DNA of 64,000 nucleotides from Plasmodiophora brassicae (Eukaryota): NCBI GenBank assembly GCA_036867785.1, contig CP145416.1, positions 1,116,001 to 1,180,000 of the forward strand, read 5' to 3'. Shown piece by piece: positions 61,418 to 64,000 of this stretch (position 1 is its first letter; each line of letters starts with the position of its first letter). The notes under the pieces were generated by a model. It saw only the letters and a program-made list of their open reading frames with translations, ran no database searches and was not told where the DNA came from. The position numbers and the translations under genes were made by a program.

Positions 61418-62261
61418 ATGACGCAGGATCTGCATGCGCTGCTGGCCGCTTACGAGGCCACGCTGGTAGCGGACGACGATTGCCGAGACGTGGTGAACGC
61501 GGCTGTGAAGAATGTGACAGCGGTGCAGCGACGTCTGGGGTCGACTGTCCAAATGGCACATCAGATCAGCGACCCAGACGACATCGCCGACCTGTGTGCA
61601 CGCGGACGACAAACCATGGCAGGTCTGCCTGAGCTATGGGCTGATATTCACAACAAGCTCAATGGGCGCCATCCGGAGGCGTATGTCCACGGCCGTGTTT
61701 CACCGTTCGCTCCAGCAATGGCTGACGACAGGCTAGGTTTCGGTATATGTGGCGGCATCAAGTCGCTAACCTTGTGACGGCTGCATCCTTCATCCAGTAT
61801 CTCGAGAATGGCACCCTGCTGACAAAGGCAAATGCTGACATCTGTATTGGAGGTTGGTCGTCAGGAGCACACCCTGCATGCGCGTTGCCTCAATGTCGTG
61901 CAGTTGCGTCAACCCCGTTCGCCGAGATCGACTTGGAGGATTACCTCCTTGGACTTTGCGGCCTTCCTAGTGAACTTGTATGGGCACTGCACAGGCACAT
62001 CCAAACCGAAGATGGGCTGATACGATCGCCAAGTAGGCTCGGTTCTGCTTGAACCTAGTAACAACAGGTGATACGGAGTCCCCGGTCAAGGTTCGCGCTT
62101 TCGTTTCCGAACTCTATAGCGCTTTCCAAGTGCTCAACCTGCGAAACGACCTCCTCCGGAAACGGTTCGACTCCATCAAGTACGACCTGCAGAAATTGGA
62201 AGGCATCGTATACGACATCAGTATTCGAAAGGATCGGGCCGGGCGTGACCGAGCAACGTAA
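61418..62261 (+). CDS. TSN: Translin
   Basis: IDLEDYLLGLCGLPSEL; FQVLNLRNDLLRKRFDSIKYDLQKLEGIVYDISIR; three introns. Confidence 0.93.
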
Positions 62262-62461
62262 TGAACGGTCTGAAGTTATACTCTGCCAATCCCACCGCCA
62301 GGCAAACTGCCAGAGGAAAAATGTCGACCGCTCTCTGTACGTATTCGTGCTTTGACGACGCCCTCCAAAAATGGGGCAAACCCAGGGTCAGCACCACTGA
62401 TTCCGCGTAACGACCACGACGGCCGCAGTAGCCGGTAGGGGGTGACGGGAGCGATTTCGTC

Positions 62462-64000
62462 ATGGCGCAACAGCAGCCATCGTACTTCGTCGAGCACCGA
62501 CGGGGCGAGGTCGCCGAGCTGCAGACGATGCTTCGGAACCCGAAATTGTCGCCCGAGCGGAAGCGCGGCGTCGTCGAACGCGTCATAGCGTACATGACGC
62601 TGGGTATCGACGTGTCGAACCTGTTCACGGATATGATCATGGTATGAGCGCATAGCTCACCCTTGCGTCAAAATACTGACCCGGCAATACAGGCGACGCA
62701 CACCAAAGATCTCGTCCAGAAGAAGATGGTATACCTGTACCTGAGCACATATGCAGCGCAGAAACCCGAGATGGCGCTGCTTGCTATCAATACTCTTCAG
62801 AAGGATTGCCGCGACGATGATCCAATGGTTCGAGGTTTGGCGTTGAGAAGCCTGTGCACGCTACGGTATGCAATGACATGATCTGCTGATGTATTCTATT
62901 TGTTGACACGTTATTGTCCAGTGTCCCCCAGCTTCTCGAATACGTGATGGTCCCCATTCGAAAAGGGTTAAACGACCCGAGCGCGTATGTTCGAAAGGTT
63001 GCCGTCGTAGGATGTGCGAAGATTCACGCGTTGTCACCGGCGACCGTTAAAGGTGACCTAGATCCGCCACGTTCCTACGATACAGGTTAAATGGGTTGCC
63101 GTAGAATCCGACATTGTGGACATATTGTACAACATGCTGAGAGATCGGGATGCTGTTGTAGTCGACAATGCCATCCAGGCTTTGAACAAGTAGGTTGCGA
63201 TTGGCGACGTCGGTCGTTATCCGCGGTCACTTAATTGCAGTCGGTAGCATTCTTGCAGATGAGGGTGGCATGGCGATTAACAAGCAGATCATCTTCCATT
63301 TGCTCAACCGGATCCGAGATTTTCATGAATGGGGGCAATGCGTCGTTCTGGAACTTGTTGCGCGTTATGTCCCGGAAACATCAGATGAAATGTTCGACAT
63401 TATGAACCTCCTTGAGGACCGTCTGAAGCACGCTAACAGCGCCGTTGTAATGGGCACTGTCAAGGTGTTTCTCTACTTCACCCAATCGATGCCACAAATC
63501 CACCGCGGTGTCTTTGAGCGAATCAGGAGTGAGGCCTTCGTAAACGAAAAATGACATCCACGAGCTAACATTGTTCCTCAGCTCCCCTGTTGACCTTTAT
63601 TGGAGGCAATTCCCACCATATATCATATCCCGTCCTGGCACACATCAAACTCCTAATTGTTCGCATGCCGGGCATCTTCGACGACCAGTTCAAGTCGTTC
63701 TTCCTCAAGCATAACGACCCAGTTTGCGTTAAAGTTCTCAAACTCGACGTTCTGTCGCGAATTTCCAACGCGACGAATGCTAGCGAAATCCTCAACGAGA
63801 TCAGCGAATACGTGGCTGATGCAAACACGGGTGTCGCCAGAAAGTCCATTCGCACCATCGGCGCGCTGGCAATCAAAGTTGAAGAGGTCGATGCGGAGCT
63901 GTTGCTCTCACATCATTTTCTACTAACGCTTGATGCAGGTTGCTGACGAAGCCTTTGAACATCTGCTAAGCTTTCTCGACCTGAATATGGAATCGCTGAG
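62462..64000 (+). CDS. AP4B1: AP-4 complex beta subunit, partial (runs off window)
   Basis: [74 protein letters not shown]. Confidence 0.88.

Overview
Gene-dense, GC-rich eukaryotic DNA with many short (about 45-70 nt) spliceosomal introns and small intergenic gaps. AP-4 beta and a GRK argue against a dikaryan fungus; the style fits a compact protist genome such as a plasmodiophorid (inference only). About 30 protein genes are recognisable, including RPL3, RPLP0, ICT1, COPZ, NSRP1, an ACF1-like WAC/DDT protein, a USP16/45-like protease, SERINC, a GRK, a CNBD K+ channel, GLO1, TTC7, translin and AP4B1. Exon borders of multi-exon genes were judged by eye and are approximate. Highlights: (1) the 5' end of an LTR retrotransposon at the left edge, with a primer-binding site matching the anticodon arm of tRNA-Lys(CUU), apparently inserted into a TMEM245-like gene; (2) an accessory island at about 24.1-28.7 kb with a palindromic element, a ~1 kb diverged fold-back derived from a dead coding sequence (candidate hairpin-RNA silencing locus), an LRR gene relic and two secreted LRR paralogues; (3) a hidden two-exon Zn2Cys6 gene missed by the ORF track, a CaaX-terminated GRK and a DEP-domain protein.
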